Shown: positions 50,890 to 61,824, counted from the first letter of the stretch. The stretch is DNA of 64,000 nt from Rickettsiales bacterium (GCA_031266915.1 JAISAB010000007.1:908-64907); one strand, 5' to 3'. Numbers and translations: made by a program. The notes: generated by a model from the letters alone, not told the origin.

Positions 50890-51318
50890 ATGAGTCGCAC
50901 TTTTGATTTAGCCGACAAGCTGATTTATTATACTTTGGTTTATTTGGATAAAAACGGCGCAACCCGTATTTCCAAACTTTGCGATAATATGAAAAAAGAT
51001 TTGAAATTCGACGACTGGGAACGGGCTGTTTATCCCAAGACCGGCAACGTTCGCTGGGATAGAATGCTGTTGTCGTTTTCGTTGGATTTGGACAAGGCCG
51101 GATGGATTGCGAAAAGACGCAAAGTCTGGGATATTACGCCCAAAGGCAAGCAGGCACTGGGCGAGCTGCGCGAACCGTCGAAATTGCGCCAGGAAGCGGC
51201 GCGGATGTATAAAATATGGAACGCTATCCCGCGTGAAGAGCTGCTGCGCCGCAAGGCGGCGGAAAAAGCTGCCAAAGCAAATGCGGATAATGCCGGGTTG
51301 GCCAAAAGCAAGCCATGA
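50890..51318 (+). CDS. Mrr N-terminal (winged-helix) domain protein
   Basis: YPKTGNVRW...LDKAGWIAKRRKVWDITPKGKQAL; no nuclease domain follows. Confidence 0.7.
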   Translation: MSRTFDLADKLIYYTLVYLDKNGATRISKLCDNMKKDLKFDDWERAVYPKTGNVRWDRMLLSFSLDLDKAGWIAKRRKVWDITPKGKQALGELREPSKLRQEAARMYKIWNAIPREELLRRKAAEKAAKANADNAGLAKSKP

Positions 51319-52640
51319 AAGTTTATCTGAAGCAGAATGTTTACGAAGCCGCGGTCGATAGAATCAAGTTTTGCTTTGATAATTTCGAAAATGTCCTTGT
51401 CGCGTTCAGCGGCGGAAAAGACAGCGGCGTTCTTTTGAACATATGCTATGGCTGCGCGCGCGAATCGGGAATGCTGCATAAAATGGCGGTTTATCATATC
51501 GACTATGAAGCGCAATATCAAAAGACAACGGAATATGTAACGGAAACGTTTAATTCGTTCGAAGGCATCCGAAAATTTTGGCTGTGCCTGCCTATATCGG
51601 CGCAATGCGCGATAAATATGCGAAATCCCGGCGTTTGGTTTCCGTGGGACAGGGAAGAGCAGGATATTTGGGTTCGTCCGATTCCCGAGCACGAGGCTGT
51701 GATTCATCAGCACAATGCCCCTTTTCACTTTAATGAAAGAGCCTCTGATTACGAGATGCAGGACATTTTCTGTCAGTGGTTTTCCAGGAAATACGGAACA
51801 ACGGCCATACTGATAGGCATCAGGACGGACGAAAGTCTGGTGCGGTATCGCATAATTGCCAGCGACCGCAAAACAAACACATATGGAAATAATCAATGGA
51901 TGACCGGCGTCGGGGACGGCTTGACTTACAAGGCGTATCCGATTTACGATTGGTCGACCAAGGATATTTGGACGGCGAACGCGAAATTCGGATTCGCGTA
52001 CAACAGGCTTTACGATTTGATGTACCAGGCCGGCGTCAAAATCGATAATATGCGCGTGGCCAGTCCGTTCAACGACTGCGCAGTGACCAGTCTGAAATTG
52101 TACAAGGTCATCGAACCGGATACATGGGCGCGCTTGGTCGGCCGGGTAAACGGCGTCAACTTTTCAGGGATTTATGGCGGAACGACGGCTATGGGGTGGC
52201 GCAGGATACAGCTGCCCCAAGGGTACACTTGGAAAAAATACTGCCGGTTTTTATTGAATTCGCTGGACGACGACGTGCGCAGAAATTATGAGAAAAAGCT
52301 GAGGGTAAGCATAGATTTCTGGAAGCGCAAGGGCGGCGTTTTGTTAGAGAATACCGTTCGGGAAATCGAAAAATCCAAAATTTCTTTCAAAAACAAAGGA
52401 CGCGTCAGCAAAATGTCCGACAAAGACGTGATTACGTTTAACGAATACCCCGATGATTTGGATATAGCGGATTTCAAAAGCGTGCCGACGTACAAGCGCA
52501 TGTGCATATGTATCTTGAAGAACGATTATTTCTGCAAATATATGGGATTTGCCGCGACTTCGAAAGAAGTTCGCCTGCGGAAAGCGGCGATGGACAAATA
52601 TAAAAACTTATGGTGTAAAAATGAAAAGCCCCGTTTATAG
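51315..52640 (+). CDS. PAPS-reductase/DUF3440 protein (IbrA/YbdN family)
   Basis: VAFSGGKDSG PP-loop, IDYEAQY, IGIRTDES, YPIYDW, LYDLMYQAG, RMCICILKNDYFCKYMGF. Confidence 0.9.
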   Translation: MKVYLKQNVYEAAVDRIKFCFDNFENVLVAFSGGKDSGVLLNICYGCARESGMLHKMAVYHIDYEAQYQKTTEYVTETFNSFEGIRKFWLCLPISAQCAINMRNPGVWFPWDREEQDIWVRPIPEHEAVIHQHNAPFHFNERASDYEMQDIFCQWFSRKYGTTAILIGIRTDESLVRYRIIASDRKTNTYGNNQWMTGVGDGLTYKAYPIYDWSTKDIWTANAKFGFAYNRLYDLMYQAGVKIDNMRVASPFNDCAVTSLKLYKVIEPDTWARLVGRVNGVNFSGIYGGTTAMGWRRIQLPQGYTWKKYCRFLLNSLDDDVRRNYEKKLRVSIDFWKRKGGVLLENTVREIEKSKISFKNKGRVSKMSDKDVITFNEYPDDLDIADFKSVPTYKRMCICILKNDYFCKYMGFAATSKEVRLRKAAMDKYKNLWCKNEKPRL

Positions 52641-53154
52641 CGTGATAAGCGTTCCAGTCGAACAAATACAGGCGAATGCCTATAACCCGAATATGGTGGC
52701 CCCGCCGGAAATGGACTTGTTGTACAAAAGCATCAAGGAAGACGGATATACCATGCCGATTGTCTGCTATCGTCTGGCCGACGGCCGCTATGAAATCGTG
52801 GACGGGTTTCATCGCTATATGGTCATGCGCACTCACAGCGATATTTACGAGCGCGAAGGCGGAAAAATGCCCGTCGTCGTCATCGACAGGGACATATCCA
52901 ACCGAATGGCGTCGACAATCCGGCATAACCGCGCCCGCGGTTCTCACAGCATAGAACTTATGGTAAATATAGTGCGGGATTTGGTCGCCGGCGGCATGTC
53001 CGACGCGTGGATTATGAACAACATAGGCATGGATACGAACGAGCTGCTGCGGCTGAAACAAATCAGCGGATTGCAGAGCCTTTTTGCCGACCGTGAATTC
53101 AGCAAATCATGGGTCGCGGACATTAAAAAGACTTATGCAAAAAAACAGTCCTGA
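52621..53154 (+). CDS. ParB/Srx-like domain protein (IbrB/YbdM family)
   Basis: ANAYNPNMVAPPEM, DGYTMPIV, IVDGFHR, RMASTIRHNRARG. Confidence 0.9.
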   Translation: MKSPVYSVISVPVEQIQANAYNPNMVAPPEMDLLYKSIKEDGYTMPIVCYRLADGRYEIVDGFHRYMVMRTHSDIYEREGGKMPVVVIDRDISNRMASTIRHNRARGSHSIELMVNIVRDLVAGGMSDAWIMNNIGMDTNELLRLKQISGLQSLFADREFSKSWVADIKKTYAKKQS

Positions 53155-53159
53155 CCATA

Positions 53160-53516
53160 TTATTCCGGAATATCACGAAGCGATTTTATAAGGTTCAGCG
53201 CGATAATCAATTCCCTGCGATTCAGGCTGCGAAGGGCACGGGCAGCTTCGATGAATGTTTGCGCGTCTTCTTCCTTGACGAAACCATTGGGGTCAAAGTC
53301 AATCAGCTCTGGCAATGGGACCCTTAAGGCATGGGCGACAGCGCTTAACGTGGTAATTTTGGCGTCGACTTTTCCTTGTTCGATATTAGAAATCGTATTT
53401 AAAATTCTCTTCGATGTGGCGGCAATATCGCCCTGGGTCATGCCGCGTTCTTTGCGAATAAAAGCCACTCTTGCTCCAATGCTATAGAGCAAATATTTAT
53501 CATTGTTCAAACTCAT
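53160..53516 (-). CDS. XRE-family HTH transcriptional regulator
   Basis: IRKERGMTQGDIA...ISNIEQG...ITTLSAVAHAL. Confidence 0.88.
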   Translation of the reverse strand: MSLNNDKYLLYSIGARVAFIRKERGMTQGDIAATSKRILNTISNIEQGKVDAKITTLSAVAHALRVPLPELIDFDPNGFVKEEDAQTFIEAARALRSLNRRELIIALNLIKSLRDIPE

Positions 53517-53623
53517 TCGTAATCCTTTGTATTATGATACTAAGCCAAAGAACGCGATATTTCAACCTCAATCGCGAATGATATTGACATTTGCGGTTAT
53601 GTGTTATTAAATGGGCGTGGCAT

Positions 53624-53700
53624 CGGGGTGTAGCTCAGACTGGTAGAGTACTTGCATGGGGTGCAAGGGGTCGCAGGTTCGATTCCTGTCACCCCGACCA
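53624..53700 (+). tRNA. tRNA-Pro(GGG)
   Basis: CGGGGTG acceptor stem, CTTGC-ATGGGGT-GCAAG anticodon arm, GGTTCGATTCC, CCA end; TTGACA promoter upstream. Confidence 0.97.
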
Positions 53701-54023
53701 CCGATTTTCGTTATCGCGCGCGAAGCGCACGATTAAGAAAATCGAGTGCCACACGAAGTTTTAACGAAGTGTGGCGAAAACTGAAAATTCAGTGTCCACC
53801 GTAGCCTTGGCGTAGGCAGACTGTTCGAAAATTCTAAAATCATCCTGTATTGCGGCTGTTATCGTTCAAAGCACGCTGTACGCTGGTTTCGCCTTTCCAT
53901 TGACTTTCAGGCGATTTTTTGATATAATGCGATACACAAACAAAGGTGGATTTATCCGCCGTTTTTTATTTTATCCCGCGCACGGCCTGCGCGGGATTTT
54001 TCATATAACAAAAAGGATGAAAA

Positions 54024-54653
54024 ATGGAACCTACTTATGTATCGGCTTTTAAAGGCTTCGGCAATAATGCAATGTATGTGGCAAGCGACGGAAATATTTA
54101 TGAGCACAGTGGTGGCACAATTGCTTGGCGGAACAATAACCCTGGAAATTTGCGGGCATATAAATCCGTATTCGGGCGTGGTGCAATCGGTACGGGAGGC
54201 GGTGCAACAAAAGATGGGGTGCCAGGGTTTGCGATATTCCCAGACAGAGCAACCGGTTGGAACGCAATGGTTGGTTTGTTGTCAGAGCCCATGTATCAAA
54301 AACTAACGATTACCGAGGCCATTAGGAAATATGCGCCGGAAATCGAGAATGACGTGGAGGCTTATTTAAAGTTCTTGGAATCTAAAACCGGCTTTCCGCG
54401 TATGACGCCAATGAATAATTTGTCAAAAGATAACTTGATGGCGCTGGCGCAAGCAATGAGAATACATGAATCAAGCAAGGCGGGAAAAGTACGCCTTGTT
54501 CCGAAAAGCGAAACATACATTTGGGTGACAGCTGGCGACCACAAGGTTCGGCCCGAACACAACGCGCTGGACGGACAAGAAAGAAGTTGGTATGATGACC
54601 CGCATCCAGGTGAAGAATACGGGTGCAGATGCAGTGCCAAAGCAGTTGATTAA
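54024..54653 (+). CDS. Lysozyme-like virion-protein domain fused to a C-terminal MuF (phage head morphogenesis) motif
   Basis: RNNNPGNLR...FAIF...AIRKYAP..END..AY...AMRIHES, then YIWVTAGDHKVRPEH...HPGEEYGCRC. Confidence 0.72.
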   Translation: MEPTYVSAFKGFGNNAMYVASDGNIYEHSGGTIAWRNNNPGNLRAYKSVFGRGAIGTGGGATKDGVPGFAIFPDRATGWNAMVGLLSEPMYQKLTITEAIRKYAPEIENDVEAYLKFLESKTGFPRMTPMNNLSKDNLMALAQAMRIHESSKAGKVRLVPKSETYIWVTAGDHKVRPEHNALDGQERSWYDDPHPGEEYGCRCSAKAVD

Positions 54654-55206
54654 ATATTTCTCAATCTTAATATTGTGCACGTCATGCGCTGGTGGGCTTG
54701 CGTATGATGGTTATGAAGAAAGCACGGATATTTGCAATGGTGATGCCATTTATGACTTTGATGACGGATTGCCAAAAAAACCGAACTTTTCAGAAGTTTT
54801 TAATGTGATGGATAAATCCTGCATTGTGGATGGGGTATCCAGAAAAGATACATTTTTTATCGATATGGATGCCGATAGGAAAAAAGAAAAAATAATCCGC
54901 GGCACTTATTCCCGTTGGGATGACCTGGGGTATTATTTTTATGAAATATATGCTGATGATAGAAAAATTGCTGATTTAAGAACGATAGATTCGGTTTCTG
55001 CTTCTTTGGAAGCTTATAGATTTCAATTGAATCCATTTGTATTGATAAAAGCGTCGCGTCCATCAAAAGGAAGCTGGTTCGAAGGTGGTTGGCAAAAGCC
55101 AACCCAGGCAAAAATAGAAAAATTCCAAATTATAAACGACAAACTGGAAAAAATATCCGAATCGCCCGGCGGCGTTCTGTGCGACGTCCGGGAATTGTTG
55201 TTATAA
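54634..55206 (+). CDS. Secreted or lipoprotein hypothetical protein (start uncertain)
   Basis: Overlaps the upstream stop; hydrophobic leader LIKYFSILILCTSC. Confidence 0.65.
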   Translation: MPKQLIKYFSILILCTSCAGGLAYDGYEESTDICNGDAIYDFDDGLPKKPNFSEVFNVMDKSCIVDGVSRKDTFFIDMDADRKKEKIIRGTYSRWDDLGYYFYEIYADDRKIADLRTIDSVSASLEAYRFQLNPFVLIKASRPSKGSWFEGGWQKPTQAKIEKFQIINDKLEKISESPGGVLCDVRELLL

Positions 55207-55239
55207 CGCCTGAAAAAGATATATTCCTGTCAATTGAGA

Positions 55240-55578
55240 CTAGTCCTTTAACGCGGCCAGGATTCGGCGCGCGGTGTCCAGCTTTTCATCTGAAAGGTCG
55301 CGCAGCAGCCTGACAGTTTCGACCCACAATTCCGAATCGCTTTTCTTGATTATGGCGTTGTGAAACTGCGCGAATAATTCAGACGCCGGAATGTTCAGCG
55401 CATCCGCGATGGCTATCAAAGTGCCGGCCCGCGGGTCGGCTAATCCGCGCTCTATGTTGGATATGGTGTTCAGCATTTTGCCGGACAAATCGGCCAGCTG
55501 TTGCTGACTCATGTTTCTATTTCGACGCACTTTTGCAATCCATGCGCCCATTTCTTTAGCAAAATATGCATCTTTCAT
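55240..55578 (-). CDS. XRE-family HTH transcriptional regulator
   Basis: VRRNRNMSQQQLA...LNTISNIERG...TLIAIADAL; similar to 53160-53516. Confidence 0.88.
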   Translation of the reverse strand: MKDAYFAKEMGAWIAKVRRNRNMSQQQLADLSGKMLNTISNIERGLADPRAGTLIAIADALNIPASELFAQFHNAIIKKSDSELWVETVRLLRDLSDEKLDTARRILAALKD

Positions 55579-55982
55579 AAGCGTTATAATACCAACTAAA
55601 ATATGAATATCAACATATAAATGTGTTAAGTTACCCAGGTAATACACATTATACCATGGTAATTTTTGAAAAATATCCAGCTGATACAATCAGTTATTCC
55701 GAAATTTCCACTTGCAATCAGACAAATTTGTTTTAGGATCATCTGTGTACGCAAGTACTGATAATCCCAGAAGCCCAGGTGCAATGCCGGGATAAATTCT
55801 GGGATTAGAATTTAAAAATAAAAAGGGGAAGGGTATATCAACTTCACGGGCCGCGCCGGCATTACTATTGGCTGGTGAGACAGTCGGTCGCAAAATAAAA
55901 AGGACGCGTATTGCGCTCTTTTTTATCATATTGCGCGATTGTATGCCAAAATTAGAACCACCCTGATGGGCAGTTTGAATTT

Positions 55983-56059
<77 letters not shown>

Positions 56060-56358
56060 GCGATGAGCTCGATTATACATGATATTTTTCCAAATTCCAA
56101 TAAATTTTGGCATACAACCGGCGGATGAGAACCGTAAAGGTTCGATATGGAGTAGATTTCACAAACAAAGTGTAGTGAAATCGTCACGAGTGGAGAGGGT
56201 TCCCGCTGCGCCGTTGGCGCGAAAGAGGGGCCAATCTTGCCGATCGTGCCTAAAGTTCCCCTCTGGCGGAAGGGTGGACGCATAGCGGTCGGAACGGTTC
56301 TTTCGTGAATCGTAAAACAAATAAGATTAAAAATGTTTTAATTTCCTGTCAGTTGCGC

Positions 56359-56685
56359 CTAAATCTTTAAAATCTTGGCGCGGGGGTCGCCGATATTAAG
56401 GTATTTCAGACCCAATTCCTCGACATAATCCGGCGAGTAATCCTGAATCAATTTTATATGTTTCCGAAAAGTTTCCAGTTTCGCGGTCTCGCGGTTCAAC
56501 TGTTCCTGTTCCGCGTTCAAGCGCCATATGTTCACGACGAACTTCTGGACGTTCACATCGCCCCAGAATATACGCACGAACATAAATGCGGCGAATATTG
56601 CGCTTAAAACGCCTATCTTGCCGCGAAAGCCGCCTGCCCAGGCGCGGCCCAGAAATCCAAAGAAATCTTTGATTTTTTTCCTCAT
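56359..56685 (-). CDS. Septum formation initiator (FtsB/DivIC-like)
   Basis: TM helix, FWGD, coiled coil, SPDYVEELGLKYLN. Confidence 0.7.
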   Translation of the reverse strand: MRKKIKDFFGFLGRAWAGGFRGKIGVLSAIFAAFMFVRIFWGDVNVQKFVVNIWRLNAEQEQLNRETAKLETFRKHIKLIQDYSPDYVEELGLKYLNIGDPRAKILKI

Positions 56686-56703
56686 AGGTGCAATTATAGC
56701 ACA

Positions 56704-57657
56704 ATGAATGATAAATTCCAAATTTTCGCCGCGCCTCTTGCTGGAATAACAGACCGGCCGTTTCGTCAGATTCTGCGCCGGTTCGCACCGACCGCGCGCC
56801 TGGTGACGGAAATGATTTCATGCCATTCTCTGGCCTGCGGGCGCAAGAATTGTTTGCGCAACTTTGACGATTATTTACCCGAAGCCCCAATCGGCGCGCA
56901 GATTTTTGGCGCGGACCCAGAACTGATGGCCGTCGCCGCCCGGATATTAGAACAGCAGGGCGCCCGCTGGATTGACATCAACATGGGGTGCCCCGTGCCC
57001 AAGGTCGCGACGCGGGCCGGCGCCGGCGCGTTTCTGATGCGCGACCATGCCTTGGCGGGCCGCATCATCAAATCGGTCGTCGATGCAGTCGACATTCCAG
57101 TATCCGTCAAGACCCGGCTGGGGTGGGACGACACGCACAGGGATTGGCTGAATTTAATCCGCATCGCCGGCGAAAACGGGGCGGCGTTCGCGACCCTGCA
57201 CGGGCGTACGCGGGCCCAGGGCTATGCCGGGGCGGCCGAGTTGGGGCCAAAGCCCGCGGGCCTGATTCCCATTATCGCCAACGGCGACATAAAGACCGCA
57301 GAAGACGTCGCGCGCGTCCATGCCCTGGGGTACGACGGCGCGATGATAGGGCGCGCGTTGCTGGGCAAACCGTGGCTGCTGGGGCAATTGTCGGGGGAAT
57401 ACTCGGGAACGCCGTCCGATTCCGAAATCGCGGCGATTGTTTTGGAACATCTGAATCTGGTTATCGAATATTACGGCGAGCGCGCGGGCGTGCCATTGTT
57501 CCGCAAGCACGCGGCCTGGTATTCGTCGGGTATGAAGAACTCGGCCGAATTCAGAATCCGGGTCAATCAAATATCCGATAGAAAGGCTTTGGAATCGGCG
57601 ATTTGTGAATTTTTGGGTTGCAACCGACGCCCGCAGGCTCTATCATTGAAATCATAA
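56704..57657 (+). CDS. dusB: tRNA-dihydrouridine synthase
   Basis: APLAGITDRPFR, TEMIS, IDINMGCP, VKTRLGW, HGRTR, IANGDI, MIGRA. Confidence 0.92.
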   Translation: MNDKFQIFAAPLAGITDRPFRQILRRFAPTARLVTEMISCHSLACGRKNCLRNFDDYLPEAPIGAQIFGADPELMAVAARILEQQGARWIDINMGCPVPKVATRAGAGAFLMRDHALAGRIIKSVVDAVDIPVSVKTRLGWDDTHRDWLNLIRIAGENGAAFATLHGRTRAQGYAGAAELGPKPAGLIPIIANGDIKTAEDVARVHALGYDGAMIGRALLGKPWLLGQLSGEYSGTPSDSEIAAIVLEHLNLVIEYYGERAGVPLFRKHAAWYSSGMKNSAEFRIRVNQISDRKALESAICEFLGCNRRPQALSLKS

Positions 57658-57675
57658 ATCAAGGGGCGAAAGAAA

Positions 57676-58545
57676 ATGACAGACAAGATACAAGATTTGA
57701 CCGCAGCGCAGATGTTATACGAGGCCAGAACCGCCGGTCGGCGCAAACGCGAAATATCCACGATTTCAAGGCTGCTGTGCATCCGCGAGGAATATCTGGT
57801 CGCGCTGGAAAACGGCGATTACCATATGATTCCCGAAGTCGTGTATATTTTGGGCTTTGCGCGGAATTACGCGATGGAATTGGGCTTGGACCCGGACGAG
57901 GTCGTCGGCAAAGTCAAGCGCGAACTGGGTCTGGAGGATGAATTCGATTCGACCGATGCCGCGTCAGAGGCGAAAGAAAACCCGCATCCGGCAATCGCCG
58001 CCAAAAAAGCAAAACAGGAAAAGACGGCCAATACCAGCCGCTTTGTCGAAATGACGTCGAAATATATTTACAAGCATTGGAAATGGCTGTTGGCTGGCTT
58101 GGTTGCGCTGGCCGTTATAATCTTTGTCGCTGTCTTTGTGGCGTCTTTGGGCGGTAAACAGGAAGTCGTCGATTCACAAGAAATCGCTTCGGTCGCGGTC
58201 AAGGAACCAGAGTACAAGCAGCCCGTCCGTGAAAAATTCGGCACGGAAAATGCCGCCGTGGCCAAGGTTATCGTCCAGGCGACACACGAAACCTGGCTGA
58301 AGGTCGAAGACGCGCGCGGCAACACCGTATTCAGCCGCGTTTTGGTCCCCGGCGATGTCTATTATGTGCCCGATGGCGACAAGTACAAGGCCACATTCGG
58401 CAACGCGGGCGGCGCGGATATTTGGGTCGATGGCAAACTGGCCAAGAAAATCGGCCCGATGAACACCCGTAAATCTGGCGTGTTGATGACACCGGATGCT
58501 TTGATGCCAGAGGACGCGCCACCGTCGGATGGGGATTCACAATAA
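57676..58545 (+). CDS. rodZ: Cell-shape protein RodZ (HTH, TM, C-terminal beta domain)
   Basis: LCIREEYLVALENG...VYILGFARNYA; TM; ETWLKV...GNAGG. Confidence 0.85.
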   Translation: MTDKIQDLTAAQMLYEARTAGRRKREISTISRLLCIREEYLVALENGDYHMIPEVVYILGFARNYAMELGLDPDEVVGKVKRELGLEDEFDSTDAASEAKENPHPAIAAKKAKQEKTANTSRFVEMTSKYIYKHWKWLLAGLVALAVIIFVAVFVASLGGKQEVVDSQEIASVAVKEPEYKQPVREKFGTENAAVAKVIVQATHETWLKVEDARGNTVFSRVLVPGDVYYVPDGDKYKATFGNAGGADIWVDGKLAKKIGPMNTRKSGVLMTPDALMPEDAPPSDGDSQ

Positions 58546-58833
58546 AAACCATTAGTGAGTAGTGCATAGTATTTAGTTTATAGTGCATAGTTAACTATAA
58601 ACTAAATACTATGCACTAATTGTTATTTGCTATCCGTTAGTGGTTTTGGGATTTTAAAAAGCTTGAAATTCTTGTTTTTTTGCTTATATTCAATGTTGTC
58701 GCGAACGTGATGTCCCTTTGCGGCGTTTTGATCCACAAGATATTCTGGCGGAATGCGGCGGCGTATTCCGCCGCAATGTCGCGAAAAAAACAGGGAAATT
58801 TGACACCCGACCAACAGGAAAAGCAACCGAAAC

Positions 58834-61824
58834 ATGAATACAATCAAAATACGCGGCGCGCGCGAAAACAATCTTAAGAATATAGACTTGGACATACCAA
58901 AGAACAAATTGGTGGTCTTTACCGGCGTGTCCGGTTCGGGCAAATCATCCCTGGCGTTCAACACTATTTATGCCGAGGGCCAGCGCCGGTACGTCGAATC
59001 GCTGTCGTCTTATGCGCGGCAGTTTTTGAACATGCAGAAAAAGCCCGACGTCGATTTAATCGAAGGACTGTCGCCCGCGATTTCCATCGAACAAAAGACG
59101 ACATCGAAAAATCCTCGCTCGACGGTGGGCACGGTTACGGAAATTTACGATTATTTCAGATTGCTGTGGGCACGCATAGGGGTTCCTTACTCGCCGGTGA
59201 CAGGGCTGCCTATCAAATCCCAGACGATCGCCGAAATGGTCGAATGGACGCGCGAGATTCCACCTGGCACCAAGATTTATATCATGGCCCCGCTGGTCCG
59301 CGACCGCAAGGGCGAATACAGAAAGGAAATCGCGTTTCTGATAAAGCAGGGGTACCAGCGCGCCGTCATAGACGGCGAGGTTTACGATTTGCATTCCGCG
59401 CCGGCGCTGGATAAAAACAAAAAGCACAATATCTTTGTAATTGTCGACAGGCTTGTTTTGCCACAGCGCGAAGAGCGCAGAGCGCAGAGCGAAGGTTCCG
59501 CCGCTGCGCGTCGTGGCGAAAAGAAAAATTCGAAAACCGCGGCCGCCGGCAATAACGAATCAGCTTCGACCTGCGCTCTTCGCTCTGCGACCTCTGACGA
59601 ATGCGAAGCATTCGACAGCAGGCTGTATTCATCGTTCGAAGGGTCGCTGCGGTTGGTTCCGGGCTCGGTTCTGGTGCGTCGGCTGGACACGGACGAAGAT
59701 ATTTTATATTCCCAGAATTACGCCTGTCCGGTCAGCGGATTCACCGTGCCAAAGATAGAGCCGCGCCTGTTCAGCTTTAACGCGCCGATGGGCGCCTGCG
59801 CGGGCTGCGACGGGTTGGGCGTTCAGATGAACATGTCGCCGGATTTGATTATCCCGGACCCGTCGAAATCGATTCTGGGCGGGGCCATCGCGCCTTGGTC
59901 GCGCGGCGGAATGTTGTCCCAGTACGACCATTTGATGGAGGCCCTGAAGAAACAATACAAAATTCCGCTGGCCAAGCCTTGGCATGCGCTGACTGATGAG
60001 CATAAGAACATCATCCTGTACGGCACGGGCGACACCCCGGTCAAAGTCAACTGGAACGGTTTCGAATATGAAAAGCCGTACGAGGGCGTCGTTCCGAATC
60101 TAGAGCGCCGCTGGCGCGAATCGGAATCCGAGGCCATGCGCGCTGAACTGTCAAAATACCAATCCCAAAAGCCATGCCCGGTCTGTCACGGCAAAAGGCT
60201 GAACGTCCAGGCGCTGTGCATCAAAATCAACGGCATGGACATCATGGACGCGTCCGCAATGCCGGTCGACGATTCGTTGGATTGGTTCCGCGACTTGCCA
60301 AATCATCTGACCAAAAAAGAAAACGACATCGCGCGCATCGTCCTGCGCGAAATCACGTCCCGTTTGGAATTCCTGCGGAACGTCGGACTGGGTTATTTGA
60401 CATTGTCCCGAATGGCCGGAACTTTGTCCGGCGGCGAGGCGCAGCGAATCAGGCTGGCATCGCAAATCGGCAGCGGCCTGTCGGGCGTTCTGTACGTTTT
60501 GGACGAACCGTCCATCGGATTGCACCAGTCCGACAACGACAAGCTGCTGGACACGCTGAAGATGCTGCGCGACAAAGACAACACGGTCATCGTCGTCGAA
60601 CACGACGAAGACGCGATGCGCGCGGCGGATTACTTGGTGGACATCGGGCGTAACGCCGGCGCGCACGGTGGCAATATCGTCGCGTGCGGCACGCCGGACG
60701 ACGTCGTCAACAACTCGGAATCTCTGACCGGGCTGTATCTGTCCGGTCAAAAGACGATTCCGGTTCCGAAAAATCGCCGCAATGGCAACGGCAAAAAGAT
60801 TGTTGTCAAAGGCGCGCGCGAAAACAATCTGAAGAACGTGGACGTCGAAATCCCGCTGGGAAAATTCGTCGCGCTGACGGGCGTGTCGGGCTCGGGCAAA
60901 TCGACGCTGCTGCTGGACACATTGTATCCGTCGATTATGCGGGCGCTGTACAATTCTAAAATCGAATCGGGCGCGCACGACGTCATCACGGGGCTGGAAC
61001 ACATCGACAAAGTCGTGGACATCGACCAGTCGCCCATCGGCCGCACGCCGCGCAGCAACCCCGCGACCTATACGGGCGCATTCACGAACATCCGCGACTT
61101 TTTCGCATCGCTGCCCGAGGCCAAGGCGCGCGGATACGGGCCGGGCCGATTCAGTTTCAACGTCAAAGGCGGCCGGTGCGAGGCATGTCAGGGCGACGGC
61201 CAGATTAAAATCGAAATGAACTTTTTGGCGGACGTGTACGTCGAATGCGACAAGTGCCGCGGCCAGCGCTATAACGAAGAAACGCTGGCCGTCAAGTACA
61301 AAGGCAAATCCATCGCGGACGTTCTGGATATGACCGTCGACGAAGCGTTCCGGTTCTTTGTGAACGTTCCGCAAATCGCACGCAAGCTGGAATTGCTGAA
61401 ACGCGTCGGGCTGGATTATATCAAGGTCGGCCAGTCTTCATTAGACCTGTCCGGCGGCGAGGCCCAGCGGATTAAGCTGTCCAAGGAACTGTCGGCCCGC
61501 AGCACCGGACAGACATTGTATATCTTGGACGAGCCGACGACCGGCCTGCATTTCGAAGATATAAAAATGCTGCTGTCCGTTCTGCAGGAATTGGTCGACC
61601 AAGGCAACACCGTCGTCGTGATAGAACATAACCTGGAAGTAATCAAAACAGCGGACTGGATTATCGATTTGGGTCCCGCCGGCGGCGCGGCCGGCGGCCA
61701 GGTGGTCGCCGTCGGAACACCGGAACAGGTTGCCGCCAACAGCAATTCTGTCACAGGCAAATATTTGAAAAGATATTTGAAACCGGCCCAGACGGTCCGG
61801 GCGAAACCGGCGCGCGGCCGCTAG
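58834..61824 (+). CDS. uvrA: Excinuclease ABC subunit A
   Basis: Two GVSGSGKS Walker A motifs, [11 protein letters not shown], two LSGGEAQRI, Zn fingers. Confidence 0.99.
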   Translation: MNTIKIRGARENNLKNIDLDIPKNKLVVFTGVSGSGKSSLAFNTIYAEGQRRYVESLSSYARQFLNMQKKPDVDLIEGLSPAISIEQKTTSKNPRSTVGTVTEIYDYFRLLWARIGVPYSPVTGLPIKSQTIAEMVEWTREIPPGTKIYIMAPLVRDRKGEYRKEIAFLIKQGYQRAVIDGEVYDLHSAPALDKNKKHNIFVIVDRLVLPQREERRAQSEGSAAARRGEKKNSKTAAAGNNESASTCALRSATSDECEAFDSRLYSSFEGSLRLVPGSVLVRRLDTDEDILYSQNYACPVSGFTVPKIEPRLFSFNAPMGACAGCDGLGVQMNMSPDLIIPDPSKSILGGAIAPWSRGGMLSQYDHLMEALKKQYKIPLAKPWHALTDEHKNIILYGTGDTPVKVNWNGFEYEKPYEGVVPNLERRWRESESEAMRAELSKYQSQKPCPVCHGKRLNVQALCIKINGMDIMDASAMPVDDSLDWFRDLPNHLTKKENDIARIVLREITSRLEFLRNVGLGYLTLSRMAGTLSGGEAQRIRLASQIGSGLSGVLYVLDEPSIGLHQSDNDKLLDTLKMLRDKDNTVIVVEHDEDAMRAADYLVDIGRNAGAHGGNIVACGTPDDVVNNSESLTGLYLSGQKTIPVPKNRRNGNGKKIVVKGARENNLKNVDVEIPLGKFVALTGVSGSGKSTLLLDTLYPSIMRALYNSKIESGAHDVITGLEHIDKVVDIDQSPIGRTPRSNPATYTGAFTNIRDFFASLPEAKARGYGPGRFSFNVKGGRCEACQGDGQIKIEMNFLADVYVECDKCRGQRYNEETLAVKYKGKSIADVLDMTVDEAFRFFVNVPQIARKLELLKRVGLDYIKVGQSSLDLSGGEAQRIKLSKELSARSTGQTLYILDEPTTGLHFEDIKMLLSVLQELVDQGNTVVVIEHNLEVIKTADWIIDLGPAGGAAGGQVVAVGTPEQVAANSNSVTGKYLKRYLKPAQTVRAKPARGR

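Noticed and set aside
41605-55206. Intact prophage
   Set aside because: Phage-like genes are scattered; no integrase, terminase, portal, capsid or tail genes
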